Source: Piromyces finnis finn (lineage: Eukaryota > Fungi > Neocallimastigomycota). From it: a stretch of 64,000 bases of DNA. Position numbers and translations under genes: made by a program. The DNA lies in the NCBI GenBank assembly GCA_002104945.1, contig MCFH01000033.1, forward strand, positions 248,001-312,000, written 5' to 3'. Every line of letters begins with the position of its first letter. Positions within the stretch are counted from its first letter, which is position 1. Of this stretch, positions 24,996-39,747 are shown piece by piece. The notes under the pieces were generated by a model. It did no database searches and was not told the origin of the DNA. It saw only the letters and a program-made list of their open reading frames with translations.

Positions 24996-26959
24996 TTTCC
25001 AAAAAAACATTGATATTTTTTTATTTTGTATATATACTATAAAATCTTTTTTATAAAACTTTTAATTTATACATATATATAGTGCAATTATTTTTTTTAA
25101 ACCTAATAATGAAATATTTATTAATATGAAATATAAATAATATATATATATAATAATTATTATTAAAATTATTTATTCTTTTTTAAACTCTGATAGACAG
25201 TTTTAAATCTATATAAAAATAAAATATTAAAAAAAAAAATAATTAAATAACAAAAAAACTAATATAACTATTAATATGAAAAATACATATTTGGATATAA
25301 ATATTAACCTGTGTTGGTGATATATTAGTTATAAAATAATGTTAGTTCGTTCTTATTGTACTTTTTTTTTTTTATATTTTAATCTCCAAAAATTATTTAG
25401 GGAAAGAAATAAAAGATGTCTTTTTTTTTTTTTATAATTAAAATGTAAAAATAAATTATAAAAGATTCCGTATTTCATGCGTTAAATCTATTAACAATAA
25501 AATATTAGTTTTTTTTTTTTATACTTGCTTTGTGACTGTCTGAAATATTAATAATTGTATAATTTTATATTAATTTTTTTTTTTCTTGCTTCATTCTTTC
25601 TACGGTATGTTTTTTCATTCTTTATCATAAAGCAAAACAAAATAAAAATATTTTATATATTATCACTAAATAATAATAATAGAAATTTTTAAAAGAACAT
25701 TAAAAGGTATACAGAATTCTTATCAATGATCATTAAAATTTAATACATTAATATATTATTAATTAAAATAAGTTTTAATAATTTTAATTTAGTATATATA
25801 TATAAATAATAAATTAATACATTACCAACCATAATAACAACAACCATTATAACCATTTTACCATTTAATATTAATATTGTATTATTTCTCTTTTTTTTTT
25901 TTTATTTATAAAGTGTATTACAGAAGGAATAAAGATTAACCATTACTTCATTACTTTTAATAAATAACTGAAATTTTAAAGGAAAAGATTATTTAATTTT
26001 CAAGTCAATAGGATATTGTAATATTTTAATATAAATTAAAGTTTGTATGCTATTTAATATTTCTGCATATAATCCCAATAAATAAAAAAAAAAAAGTTGA
26101 GAAACAATTTCTAGTTATTATTATGATTTTTTTTTTTTTTTCTTTTCTGTTGTACTCTTTTCCTTCTTTCTTTTCAGTAGTTCTCCTCTTTCAGTTTTAT
26201 ACTAATTACAATAAAAAATATTACAAAGGAAATAGTCATTAAATAAAAATAAAAAATATTTAAATATTTTATATTCATTTTTTTGGATAAGCCCCCACTA
26301 TTTTGAATATTTATTACACCACTAAATCTTATTATATAGTTTTTATTATTCTAAAATTAATTAAAAAAAAAAAATAATATTAAATTTTATTTTAATAGAG
26401 TATACAATAAAATTTTCAAATTTTAATAATAGAGGTTAAACTATTAAAATTAATACAAGTAATGTTATATGAAGCATACACAATAGCATTAAACTAAATA
26501 TTATTTATAATAATAAAGGAGGGAAAAAAAAAAAATAAAATTATTTTTCATAATAAAAAACAAAATAATAAAATAGTTTTAAAAACAAATTACCTCATTT
26601 TTACTAATAGTAAATCAAAAAAAAAAAAAAAAAAAAAAGGAATAATTGAAAAATTTCAATAAAAAAACCTGATTAATGTAATTATACAAATCAATATTTA
26701 AATAAGAATATATTTTTTCTTAATACAATATATATATTAACATCTCACTTATTTTATTTTAATTTCTCTTGATAATCATATATGTTTATTTTACATGATA
26801 TATATTTAAATTATCATTTGCCCATTTATACAATACATCATACACATCGCTTTTCATGTTTTTTTTTTTTGTCCAATTTAATATTTTCAATAAAATTATA
26901 ATTAATATTAAATAGTATACAGAATAAATATATATATATATATATATAAAGAAAAACTT

Positions 26960-29011
26960 ATGAGTGAAGAATTAATTGTACCTTCAGAAAATAAGTTAGA
27001 AACAAAGGAAAAGGAATATGAAACAAAAGTTCCTGTAGTTTCTGTTCGTCTTGTTTCATATAATGATCCAGTAAGAACGACTACTTCCTTACCATTTGAA
27101 CCTGTTGAACGAAATTTAGTAGAAGGTGTTGTTGCAAAAATTGGTAGACAAGTTAATAGACCAAATAATAATGCTGCTCAAGCTAGCAAAGAATCAATTT
27201 GGTTCCAAAGTAAAGTTGTCAGTAGAAGCCATGCTGAAATTTGGGCAAAGGATTGTCAAGTAATAATTAAACAAACAATTATATATAATTTATATATATG
27301 AAGTATAAATTAAAATTAAGAATAATTGGATAGTTAATTTTAAATATTACATATCCATTTAAATAAATTTGTACATATTATAAAGTTTAAATAGATATAA
27401 ATGTTATTATAAATTATTTTTTTTTTCTTCAATTTATAAATATTTATATATAAAAAAGACAATGAAATTATTAGAAATTTGTTAGTAATTTAAAAATACT
27501 CTTTTTTTTTAACATATTATAATAAAATAGGTATATTTAAAAGATGTTGGTAGTTCTTCAGGTACTTTTCTTAATAGAATGAGATTAAGTCCTTCAAACA
27601 AAGAAAGTAGACCTTATCCATTAAAAGATGGTGATATCATTCAATTAGGTATTGATTATCAAGGAAAAACTCAAGGTAATAAAAAAAAATCGAAATATAA
27701 TAATTAATAATTAATATAAATATCAACATGCTATAGAATATAAACCAAATTATTTCCAGTATTTGTAATTAAGATATTATGTATATATATGTTCCTAACA
27801 TAATATAGATATATTTAAATGTGTAATTATAAAAATTCAAATTACTAATCATACTTATGTTCAACAACAAAAAAGAAAGGCAAACCCAGCTCGGTAATTA
27901 CAATGATAGAATAAAATTATTTTAATTATTAATTTTCAGTAATTCATTTATATTGTATATTTGATATTTATTAATATATATATATATATATATACATTTT
28001 AAAATCTACATCTTAAAAAATCTTACTATCCAAATATAACTGGAAATCTAAATATAATTCAATATTATTATTTTATATACTATCAATATTCACATATATA
28101 TATATATATATATCAAAATAACTTAATATATATTACTATAAAATATTCTTTTTCTGCTTTGCCAAAAAAAAAAAAAAAAAAAAATCTTTGAAAAATCTTA
28201 ATCAAATAGTTTCATGTCAGCTTTAAGAGCATTATTATCTGCAACCAATCCATATTCTACCTCATTCCCAGGTATAAATGAACCAGTAAATAATAATTCA
28301 ATTGATTGTTGTATTTGTTTGAGTCATATTGGACCATTCCAAGCATTATTTATTGCACCATGCTCTCACTGTTTCCACTATAAATGTATCAATCCAATTT
28401 TATCCAGTGGTGATATGTTTTTATGTCCTGTTTGTAGACAAGTAGCTAACTTAAAGGCAAGTGTTAGTTCAGACGATCTTTTTGGTGAAGATGATGAAAA
28501 TCTTATTGAAGAGGATAAGATTCATTCAGTGGATTCACCATCTATGTTATCTTCTACACCTGTTAATACTATCTCTAATATCGGTACTCATGGTCATAGT
28601 AATTTAATAACCAATGTCAGCGCTTCTTCTCATCAAACCAATACTAATGCTATCACAAATAATATTGTCTCCTCTCCATCAGGAATGGCACCATCATCCA
28701 TTCACGAAGTAAACCAACCGATAGCTTCATTAAATAACAATGATTTATCAAATAACCATATTCCTTCCACTCTAATTTACGAATTCCAACAAATGAATCT
28801 TAATGAAACTAATTCTAATAATTCATCTAATGAAAATATAACAGAGAATCAATCATTCCATATTACTGAAAATATGAACGTTTCAAATGTTGAAAATAAT
28901 AATGAATCTTCTAATGAATTGAATCATTATTCACAAATGCCTTCAGAAAACATGGTTATTGATTCTTCAAATTTTAATAATTCTAACAATAATAATATAG
29001 CCAACCCATAA
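26960..29011 (+). CDS. DMA1: FHA + RING-H2 E3 ubiquitin ligase, Dma1/Dma2 family, 4 exons
   Basis: FHA motifs KIGRQ, FQSKVVSRSHAEIW, YLKDVGSSSGTFLNRMRLS and LKDGDIIQLGIDYQG. RING domain DCCICL..IGPFQALFIAPCSHCFHYKCI..FLCPVCRQVANL, followed by an N/S-rich tail. Confidence 0.93.
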
Positions 29012-29612
29012 AGTTTTTTTTCTTTTTTTTTTTTTTTTAAAAAAAAAAATACTAAAATTAAAAAAAAAAAAGAACAACAAACTTTTTCTAAAAAACAAAC
29101 AAACATTAATATATATTTTTCTTTTTAATTTTTATATAGCAAAAAACAAAAAGCAAAAAATAAACATAATTAATGAAAAATATTATATAATTAAATAATA
29201 TATATTTTAATAAGGATATCTATTATAGTACATATTCATATTTATAATTGATTGTATAAAAAAAAAAAAAAATCAATGTATTTAAAATAAAATAAAACAA
29301 AACAAAGCAAAACAAAACAAAACAAAAAAAAAAAAAAAAAATAGTTTCAATACCATTTTTTCTTTTTTCTTGTTTTTTTAGTAATTTATTTAAAAAGAAA
29401 AAAAAAAATATAAAGTAAAATTAAGTATAAAACAAAAAATAATAAATAAAAAAATAGTAAATAAACATCATAAGCATAAAAGTATATCACTACGACGACA
29501 AATTGTAGAAAAAAAAATTTTTTTTTTTCTTTTTTTTTGAAAATTAAGTAAATCCTTTATTATTTTATATTATTTTTATTTTTATTTTTATAATTTTTTT
29601 AATCTAATTTAT

Positions 29613-31382
29613 TCATTTATATAAAATTTCATCCTCTTCAGTTGCTTCATCAAAATTTTCAGTCATTTTTTGAATTGTATCGACTTCATAATCAGGTTCT
29701 GGATTAGAATAGTCCATTAATAAGTTTTGTTGACTTTCCGCATATTCTATATACAAAATAAGTTTATTCATCAATTTAGTTGATATATCCATGTAGTGTA
29801 AGAAATCTTCTGTCGTATGAGAAGATTGAAATAAATCTATTGTTTCATGATTATTTTCATTATCGTCAATAACCTTTTTATCAAAGGCATCATCATCCTT
29901 TATGGTCGTATCATTCAAAAATGGAATAGAATATTGATATTCTAATATATAGATAATATATATAAAATTTTAATAAATTAAAAAAAAAAAAAAAAAAAAG
30001 AAATTAAATGATAAGGTTATTTAAATAGTTCTTTTTTTTTTTTTTACCTTGAGAAACTTCTAATAAATTATAAAGTTGTATTAATATATCATCACTATTA
30101 CTTATTTTTTGAGCCCAATTATTATCTGTTAAACTTTTAATCATTAAAAGAGAGGGGAATTAAAAAAAAAATATTTTAACATACATATAATAAATATAAA
30201 CCTAAACATAAATAGAAACATCAATAATAATATTAATAAATAATAATTACCATAAATTATAGAAAATTTTGCATATTAAACAAGCCAAGTCGAAATCAGA
30301 CATATTAATACATAGTTCAAGAATTTCTAAATGCCTATTTATATATATGCATTACAATTACAATATAATTTTATAGGTATAAAAGGTATTAATTATTAGA
30401 ATTAGAATACTGTCTTTTTCCTTTTTGTATAAATTATAAACAGAAAAAAAAAAAGAGAAAAAAGAAAAAGTGTAGGTGGGTTTATTAATTTACATACTTT
30501 TCAACACCTTCATTTTGTAAGTATACATCGCAATGATATTGATAATTAATTAAATTAATTAATACTCCACAAATATTATAGACAACGTCACGATTAGAAT
30601 GATCTAATAAAATAACAAACATTTCACTCGCTTTTTTTTAAAAAGAAAATCTTTTAAGTTTAATACTTTTCAAAAAGTTTTTTTATTTATAAAAGAAAAA
30701 AAAATTATAAATTATATATATTTATACCTTTAGATATTTTTGCAAAATCACATACATCTTGAAATTGTGTTATATTTCCAAACACTCTTGATGCCTCTAT
30801 AACAGCTTCAACATTGTCATAAAACATAAGAGGTAGTAATACTATAGTAATAATAATAGTAATAAAAGTTTTTAGTTTTCCTATATTTTATTTTATTAAT
30901 AGCTAAATAATTAATATGTAAATATATATAAATATATATATACATTTTGCAATAATAATTCGTTGATCTAATATTTCATTATTTGATTCATTATAGTATG
31001 AAATATTTGCAATAGCTCCAATAATATTTAATATTAATTCTTCATTATCATGAATATTTTTGATTTCTATTTTTTTATATTATTTTATAGAAAGATAATG
31101 AAAAAAAAATGATTACATAAGTTTTATTTATTTAGGAAATTATACAAAATCCTTTTTTATTTTATAATATTATTAAAATATAATAATTATAATAAAAAAC
31201 CAATTATTTTTTCTTCTTCTTACTAAATAAATCTACTAGACATTTTATTTCCGGAATTTCAGCTATTATTGGTCCAACTTTGCTATTTAATGCCATGTTG
31301 GCTATCAACCGAATCAACTAATTCAATAAATAATTAAAAAATATGAATAATATAATATTTATAATAATTTTTTAGTTACCTA

Positions 31383-31419
<37 letters not shown>

Positions 31420-34210
31420 TTTATAAATTATAATATATATAAACATAAGTCTGTATATATATATTTAAATGAATACCTTTATTAACACATCTTCTTCTTC
31501 TTTTTCTTTTAAATTTATTTCATAATTTTCTTGTTTATTATTATCTTCTATTTGATTATCATTTGATTTAATTTTTTTATTTATTGTTTTTCTTACTAGT
31601 AATTCTAATAGTTGTACAAGATCCGGTATATAATCAAAGATGATATCTGGTATAGTTGATGTTTTATCACATGATAAATTACCTAAAATAAAACATATTC
31701 TTACAACTAAGGGCTAAATTCATAAATAACAATAAAAAAACCCCCCAATTAAATTTTGTTACTAAATGAAATTAATAGGTTTCTATGGGAAATAAATAAA
31801 TTATAATAATATTTTTCGTCTTGTTTATAATAACTTACATTGTTATTATAATGAGCTAATAATAATTTAGTCAGAGTTACGATTGAACTAGTTGAATTTT
31901 CTAATAAAATTTGGAAATCTGTATATAATGATAGTTTACTTTATTTCCATTCAAATTAAATTGTTAATTAATATTTATTCCTTTGATCCACTAAATTATT
32001 TTAATAGATGATTTTTTGTTTTTTTACCTAAATATTCTAGATATATTTAAAACTAATTCTTCATATTTATTAAATAATGAATATGACTTTAGTAGAAGGA
32101 ATAAGGATTTAATAATATGATCCTTTAATATAATTGAACGAGCATGTTCATTCGTTACAAGATTTCTTATAGTTGCAGTTATCTATGGGTATCATGATGA
32201 TAATTTAATATCAACCGTTAATAATTAATAATAAAATAATTACATTGAATGTATACAAGATGTTTACCTGTATTAATATTTGTGTAGGTCGGTTATTTAA
32301 TGAAGAATTAAGTTGCTTATTTGTATCACTATGCAATTTAATTAACATCTTTTTATTTTATGTGTTGATTTAATATTATTATATTTTTAATATATATATT
32401 TTTTTATAAGAATTGTAATTTTTAAAAAGTATAAAAATATTAATAATAAATTAATAAATTGATATAAATTATTTATTCTATATTATTTTTATTTTTTCTG
32501 CTTTTTATTCCTATTAATTATGATTACCAAAATAATTTTATTGAATATTGATGTTCCATCCATCATATAAATAATATTTTGATTTTCATAGGAATTTGAT
32601 ATATTCTTTAGTGTTGCAATAGAATAAATTAATAAATCGTATTGTTGAAATAGCCTCTCATTATTATTTGTTTTTGTTAAATTAATTGCAGAAATTATTT
32701 TTAAAAGTTGTTCTTTTTTTTTTTTTTTTTTTAATTTTTATTATTATTATTATTTTCAATATGTATGTATGTATATATATAAAAGATAAATAAAAATTAA
32801 TATATTTTATTTCTATTTATTCTATTGTATTTCGAGTGATAATCAAATCTATAATAAGAATGATAAACCATTATTTTTTTTTTTAAAAATTCTTACTTAT
32901 TATTTTATATTCTTCAAATAATCTATCATTTCCATCATTTTTACTTAGTCTGAAGAGTACTTTGCAAACTCCAATTTGTATCACAATGGATGAAACATTC
33001 TTTTTATAATATATAATTATAAATTAAAAAAAAAAAAAGTTAGATATTAGCATTATAAAAATTTTGAGGAGGGGCATTTGAACTGTATCTCTATTATTAA
33101 ATGCTAAAATTTATTTTTGATAAAATTAATATATATGAACTCATACACAAAGTATGTTTCCACAACAATCAATGATAAATTGAGCATGAATTGGTTTAGT
33201 TTTCCAATGATTCATTTTTGATTTTAATGGTATTGAAAAATTATGATTTTTTATAACATTGTTAATTATACTTAATAAATTTTTTTTTTCTTCCGGTTTA
33301 AGGTCTGATAATGGGCAACGAATTAGGGAAACAATTAATTCTGATGTTGTTAATGGTCTATCCTGATTTTTATTTTCTATTTCTTCATTATTAATAGATA
33401 ATTCTTCCATCGACTTATTTAAACAATTATTTCCTTCATATTCCTTCCTTTCAATTAATGTATTTCCATTGTCATTTAAATCACTTTTATTTTGATTGAT
33501 ATTTGAATTATCAAGTATAGTATTATTTTGGTGATCAGTATTTTCATTACTCTGTAATATATGTAACTGAATCATATAAAAATTTATAATAATATTTATT
33601 TTTAATACTATTACTTATTTATAAAATATTTTTATTTATTAATATATTCCTTTTTTTTTTAAATAATATTACATTTTTTAAAGAGGAAGGATCAATTGGT
33701 TTAAGTCGATAGGGCCTAGATATAATTTTTCTGTAGCTTACAATATATTATTTTAATAGATAATTATTAATTTTTTACATCCTTTTTACGATGTATATAT
33801 TAAATAAAAATAAATTTAATTATTTACACTTCATTATTTCTTTTAATTCCTGTATTAATATTTCTTGATTTAAATGGTAGTCCAAAATTAGCACCTAAAT
33901 GTGAAGAATTCTGTTGAACTTCATTATAAGAATCTAAAAGGGAATTTTGACCAGAAGAAAGGGATGATCTTCTTCTTTCTAATGGCGTTATGGGACGTGT
34001 TGGGTGCTTTAAAGATGCACGTGCTTGTTTAATAATATCACAAGCCAAAGGTTCTTTTGTTATTTGCCTTTGAATAAATAATGGATTTTTTCTACTTTTT
34101 ATATTTGAATTATTGAAAAGCGCTAAATAAGGTGAAGAATTGGAATCAGAAGTATCAAAATTAGACGAGGGTTGTGAATTTAATGATGATTGATATATAT
34201 ATGAACTCAT
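29613..34210 (-). CDS. ARMC2: Armadillo repeat-containing protein 2 (flagellar radial spoke/central pair assembly factor), multi-exon
   Basis: Spliced minus-strand segments match the order of ARMC2 motifs as I recall them: VCKVLFRLSKNDGNDRLF; YAIGTLKNIS; ILVQITATIRNLV; LNISRI/SKLS; LVVRICFILGNLS; EEEDVLIK/LIRLIANMALNSKVGP; NEELILNIIGAIANISYY; EAVIEASRVFGNITQ; DLACLICKIFYN. Track ORFs 33824..34210, 33141..33575 and 29613..29918 are terminal or linker exons. Confidence 0.85.
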
Positions 34211-34567
34211 TATGATTCTATATTTTATGGTATAAAAGTATTATGACTATAAGTGAGTGAATTATAAATGGAATATAAATTGTATTAAATTATATTATTA
34301 TTATTATTTTTTTATTGTTGATCCTACTACCTATTATTTTTATTTATTTTAAAAAATAAAAAAATAATTAATAAAATTTTAGCATTTCTAAATATTAATT
34401 AAAAAATTTATATTATAATTTTATTTATTAATAAAGTTTTTAAAATGAATGAAAACTTTAAAGTTTATGTTTTTTATTAAAAAAAAAAAAAAAAGTTATT
34501 TATTGTGTAAAGAATAATAGGTTAGGCTGGAATTATGCTTCTACACCATTTATTTTAATAAAAAAGA

Positions 34568-35655
34568 AACGTGCAAAAAAAAAAAAAAAAATAAATAAAT
34601 TAGTCAAAGGATTATAATTTATGCTACTTCAACATCATCCTAATAGTCAAAGTAGTATCGATAAATTATAAAAAGTTAATATAAAAAAAGTTAATAATAG
34701 AATAATTCTAAACTATTTAAATATTTATATTACCCTATTTATTATTATTATTACTATTATTAAATAGTCTAAAATCAATATAGAGTTTCTTTTAATGTGC
34801 ACCTATTGCTATATGCATGCATCTTTAAAGGGTTATATCTTAATACTTTCTCTCATGTTCACCTCTCTTTTTTGCATGTTTTTTTTTAAAATAATTTTTA
34901 AAAATTTGTAAATTAAATCATATATAAATCAACCAATAAAATTGAAAATAGGAGATTATGCTACAACTATTTAAAAGTTCGCTTTTTATAATTTTATAGG
35001 ATGTAATGATTTATGGATAGCCAATTTTATAGTGTAGTGTTATTTCACCTTATTCTATATTATTATTTTGTATTGTTATTATTTTTTCATCACAACTAAT
35101 TTTTTCAAAGTATTTCTAATAATCTATTTATAAACAACTTTTGATCGTTGTATGAAATTTTCATTTGTAACCTAAATTTCAAATAGTTTCATCGCCTATA
35201 AGCCATTCCTTTTCTTTTCTTTTATAATAATAAAAAATATTTAGGTGTGTTCACCTTTTCATTACCTTTTTTTCTTTTTATTTTTACATATATATATGAT
35301 ATTCAGACATATATGCACCTATATATTATTTCTGTATGAATAATCTATACATACATCACGTGTATAAAATCATTGAAATTAGTTACTTCTGTTTTGAACA
35401 CGTTTACTTTTATGAGTAATGATTGGATAAAATAATTAATATAGAGAAACTTTAAAAAAGTTTAAGAATTAAATTTTAATAAATAATAAAAAAGATTTAT
35501 ATTGTAATTTCACATCATCATCCTAATTAAAAAGTCTATTTTTTAATAATTATTTATAGATAAAAATTAAAATAGATATAATAATTATACATTCAAATAT
35601 ATATATATATATAGAAAATAATAAAACCTATTTTATGAGATATTGACAGCACGTT
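34568..35655. promoter_or_regulatory. Cluster of Pho4-type bHLH sites (CACGTG/CACGTT) in the ARMC2-PHO84 divergent intergenic region
   Basis: AACGTG at 34568-34573, CACGTG at 35357-35362, CACGTT at 35399-35404 and CACGTT at 35650-35655. Confidence 0.35.
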
Positions 35656-36727
35656 CCACTCTACTACACAACTACTCATACTATCTACTATAATATATTT
35701 AATTTTTAATATTGGAATTATAAAATTATTAGAAAAAAAAAAGATATAAATTCGTAATGTTTTCCTTTTCCAATGATTTAAAAAATTTTTATAAAAATAT
35801 TTTATGAACAAAAGTAATCATAGTTTTATACTTGTAATAATTAATAGATAATAACACCAACAACACCAACAACACTAACAACAACAAAGACAATAGTTTT
35901 GAATTATTTTTCAATGTAAAAAATGGGATGATTAAAATGATTTACATAACTTATTACAATATTCTAAAGCCATGTTTATTTCAATCATAAATGTATTAAG
36001 TTGTATTTTTTTAATTCTTTTAATAAATTTTTAATTTCAAAAAAAAAAAAAACATTATTAAAATAATAACACCATAGGATAGTAGTAATAATGATAGTAA
36101 TATAAAATAGATACTTTATATATCATAATAGTTTATTAATTCTTCATAGTATATTCATCATATCAAATAAAATACTATTATAATCCAAAAAAAATAAACT
36201 TTTTTGATTATGTAAATTTTAATTTATTTTTTTATTAATAAAGTTCTAAACACTGTCTATTGTAATATAGGAATTGGTGATATTTTGTTTGAAAAATGCA
36301 TTTAATCTATTAATTCAATGTTGGAATAAAGCCACAATAATTAGAATAAGACAAAATCTCTAAAATGTAAAAGTTGTGTAAATTTATTGTTTTGTAAATA
36401 TTTATTATTAAAAAATAGATTAAAATAATGGAAATAATTTATAAATCCAAATTATTGACGTTGAAAACATTTCATGTTTGATTTAAGCAATTCTATTGGT
36501 TTAATCATTTTTTAAATACAAACTGCATGCTTGATCCATTGGCTGTAAATTCTTCTTGTGAAGAAAGTTAACTAAAAATAATTAAATAATTTATTAGGAT
36601 AAAATCCTATTTACCATACCACTCAGCAGAATAGGAATCATAATGATAATAATAAAATATGATATTATAAAGAAAATGCCAAAGAGTATACTTTCATTAT
36701 TGGCTAAAACTTTATTACTTATGATTT

Positions 36728-36845
36728 TAATAAAGGAAAGTAAGGTTTTTTAATATTATCAAAAAGAATAATAATGATTTCAATAATAAAGGAAAGTAAG
36801 GTTTTTTAATATTATCAAAAAGAATAATAATGATTTCAATAATAA
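36728..36845. repeat. Direct tandem duplication, 56-bp unit x2
   Basis: taataaaggaaagtaaggttttttaatattatcaaaaagaataataatgatttcaa is repeated with no spacer. Confidence 0.9.
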
Positions 36846-37969
36846 TTCATAATTTATAATAGCAGCTCTATGGAATTTTATAAATTTTATAAATATAAGA
36901 TTTAAATCGTATAAGACATTTTTATCAGGCTATGAGTAATCCCAATCCAAAAGATTTTGTAGAATTGTTTTAAGAACAAATCTTTTGAAAATGAAAAAGT
37001 AATGGCATTTTTTTCTTATTAAATAGAATTAGAAATTGCATTATTAAAAGTATAACTGAATTTAAAAGTTTTTTTTTTTTTACTTTATTTTCCCTTTTAC
37101 CAACCAACCTACCTAAAGTGTAATTCGTATTCCAATATCATCTTCCTAATTATATTGATTATAAATTTATAATAAAAAAAATAGGTAGAATTGAATTAAT
37201 TATCAAATTTTCCAATTTAAAAAAGTAATATGTTCAATTTAATGATAATTTATAGGTATTATACTATCTAATTTATTTTAATATATTTTAATTGAATGAA
37301 TTTAATTTAAACTCACATATAATAATAAGACCAACATATTAGTAATTCATTGAGAATTTAATATTATTAGCTAATCTATAATAAAGTTTTAATTCAATGA
37401 AATAATTTAAATGATGATTCATTATAATATATTATTAAGATTATTATAATATATTACAAACACATATTTAAATGAATATATATATTAAAATATAAATTAA
37501 TAATTTGAGGTATTTAATTTAAATTTCATATATATTTTCAACAAGAAATAATATATTATAAGGTATTGTTAGCTAATCTATAATAAAGTTATTAATTCAA
37601 AAAAAATAATTTAAATTATAATTACTCACAATAAATTACTCAATATATTAAGGATGAATTGATATCATATATTAAAATAAGATAATATATTGTATAATAT
37701 AATATCAATGATTCAACACTATGATTCAATAAAAAAATTGAAAATCATATATAAAGACAAAATTTTTTTTTTAAACTTTTATTCAACAACAAAAAAAAAA
37801 TAAATAAAAATTTACAATAAATTATTAAAAAAAAAATAATCATATTAAATTAAAGATAATAATAAATCTTAATTTAATATAAAACAAAAAAAAAAAAATA
37901 AATAATTATTTCAATTTTATATAGAATTATTTATATAGAATAAATTTTATATAGAAAAAAAAAATAAAT

Positions 37970-39747
37970 ATGGGTAAAGATAAAGGAAAAGAAGTTGCTA
38001 TAAATGAACAAGATGCTGGTGATAAGATCACTGCTCTTGCTTCCTTAGATGAAGCTAAACTTTCATGGTTCCACATTAAGGCCATTCTTGTTTCAGGTTG
38101 TGGTTTCTTCACTGATGCTTATGATATTTTCATTATCAATTTAGTTATGCCAATGTAAGCTTAAAAATTATATATATATATTCATAAATGTAAATGAATA
38201 AAATAACTTATAAAAACTATGTAAATATTATATTTGATAATTAAAAAAAAAATAGGATTGGTTATGTTTACTATGCTGATGCTTCTCACAAAAACCATGT
38301 TCCAAATCTTACTGATGGTTTAACTAAGGGTGCTGCCTCATGGGGTACTTTAGTTGGTCAATTAGTTTTTGGTGTTCTTGGTGATAAGATGGGTAGAAAG
38401 AAGAATTACGCTATTGTTTTAATTATTTTAATTGTTTCCACCATTGGTTGTTCCTTAGCTGGTCCATCCAAGGTTGGTTGGGGTATTTGTACTATGATTG
38501 CTATCTGGCGTTTCTTCCTTGGTATTGGTATTGGTGGTGATTACCCAATGTCTGCTGTTATTACTTCAGAATTCGCCACTGTTAACCGTCGTGGTTTCAT
38601 GATTGCCTCTGTATTCGCTATGCAAGGTATTGGTATTCTCTTCGCTTCCGTTCTTACTGTTGTCTTATTACTTATCTTCAAGGGTGGTATTCAAACTGAT
38701 GTTAACAACTTAGATACTGTTTGGAGAATTTGTATTGCTATGGGTGCTGTTCCAGCTATCTTCACTCTTTACTACCGTATTACTTTCCCAGAAACTCCAC
38801 GTTATGCTATGGATGTCCAAGGTGATATTGATGCTGGTATCAAGTCTGCTAAGGCTGCTATGGGTTCTTCTAAGACTACTCCAGAAGAAAATGCCAACAT
38901 TGAAGAAGCTATTGCCGTTCGTGCTGTTGAAAAGCCAGCTGCCGCTGGTCAAGTTGCTACTAGTAGCTGGAAGGGTTTCAAGGATCACTTTGGTCAATGG
39001 AGATATGGTAAGGTTTTATTAGGTTGTGCTCTTTCTTGGTTCTTATTAGATTTAGCTTTCTACGGTTTGAACTTAAATCAATCTATTGTTCTTGAAGCTA
39101 TTGGTTACGGTGATAAGGAAGGACAAACTGCTTACGATTTAGTTTGGAACAAAGCTGTTGGTAATTTAATTATTGCTGCTATTGGTACTGTTCCAGGTTA
39201 CTGGATTTCTGTTCTTTTAATTGAAAAATTAGGTCGTAAGCCAATTCAATTATTAGGTTTCGCTGTTATTGGTACTTGTCTTCTTATCATTTCTATCTTC
39301 TTCCACAAGATTATTGAATACAGTAAAACTTTATTCTTTGTTATTTACATTATCTGTCAATTCTTCTTCAACTTTGGTCCAAACGTTACCACTTTTGTTA
39401 TTCCAAGTGAAGTCTTCCCAACTCGTTTCCGTACTACCGCTCACGGTATGTCTGCTGCCTCTGGTAAGTTAGGTGCTATTATTGCTGCTCACACTTTCAG
39501 TATTATTAAGGATATTGGTGGTCACAACAATTTCATTCAAGGTCTTTTCGGTATCCTTGCTGGTTGTATGTTCTTAGGTTTCATTGTTAGTACCTTCCTT
39601 CCAGAAACTAAGGGTAAGACTTTAGAAGAATTAGCTGGTGAAGAAGTTATTGAAACTGCTCCATCAATGCAAAAGTTAAATCCAAATGGTAATGAAAGTA
39701 ATGAATCTTTAGATGAAGATATCTACGATATTGCCATTCAAAAGTAA
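37970..39747 (+). CDS. PHO84: High-affinity H+/phosphate symporter (MFS, PHS family), 2 exons (37970-38154, 38256-39747)
   Basis: Motifs: LSWFHIKAILVSGCGFFTDAYDIF, GDKMGRKK, WRFFLGIGIGGDYPMSAVITSE, RRGFMIASVFAMQG, PETPRY, SWFLLDLAFYG, FFFNFGPN.TTFVIPSEVFPTRFRTTAHGMSAASGK and PETKGKTLEEL. Confidence 0.95.

Noticed and set aside
36728-36845. Repeat resembling a CRISPR array
   Set aside because: Only two adjacent units, no spacers, no cas genes, and a eukaryotic context.
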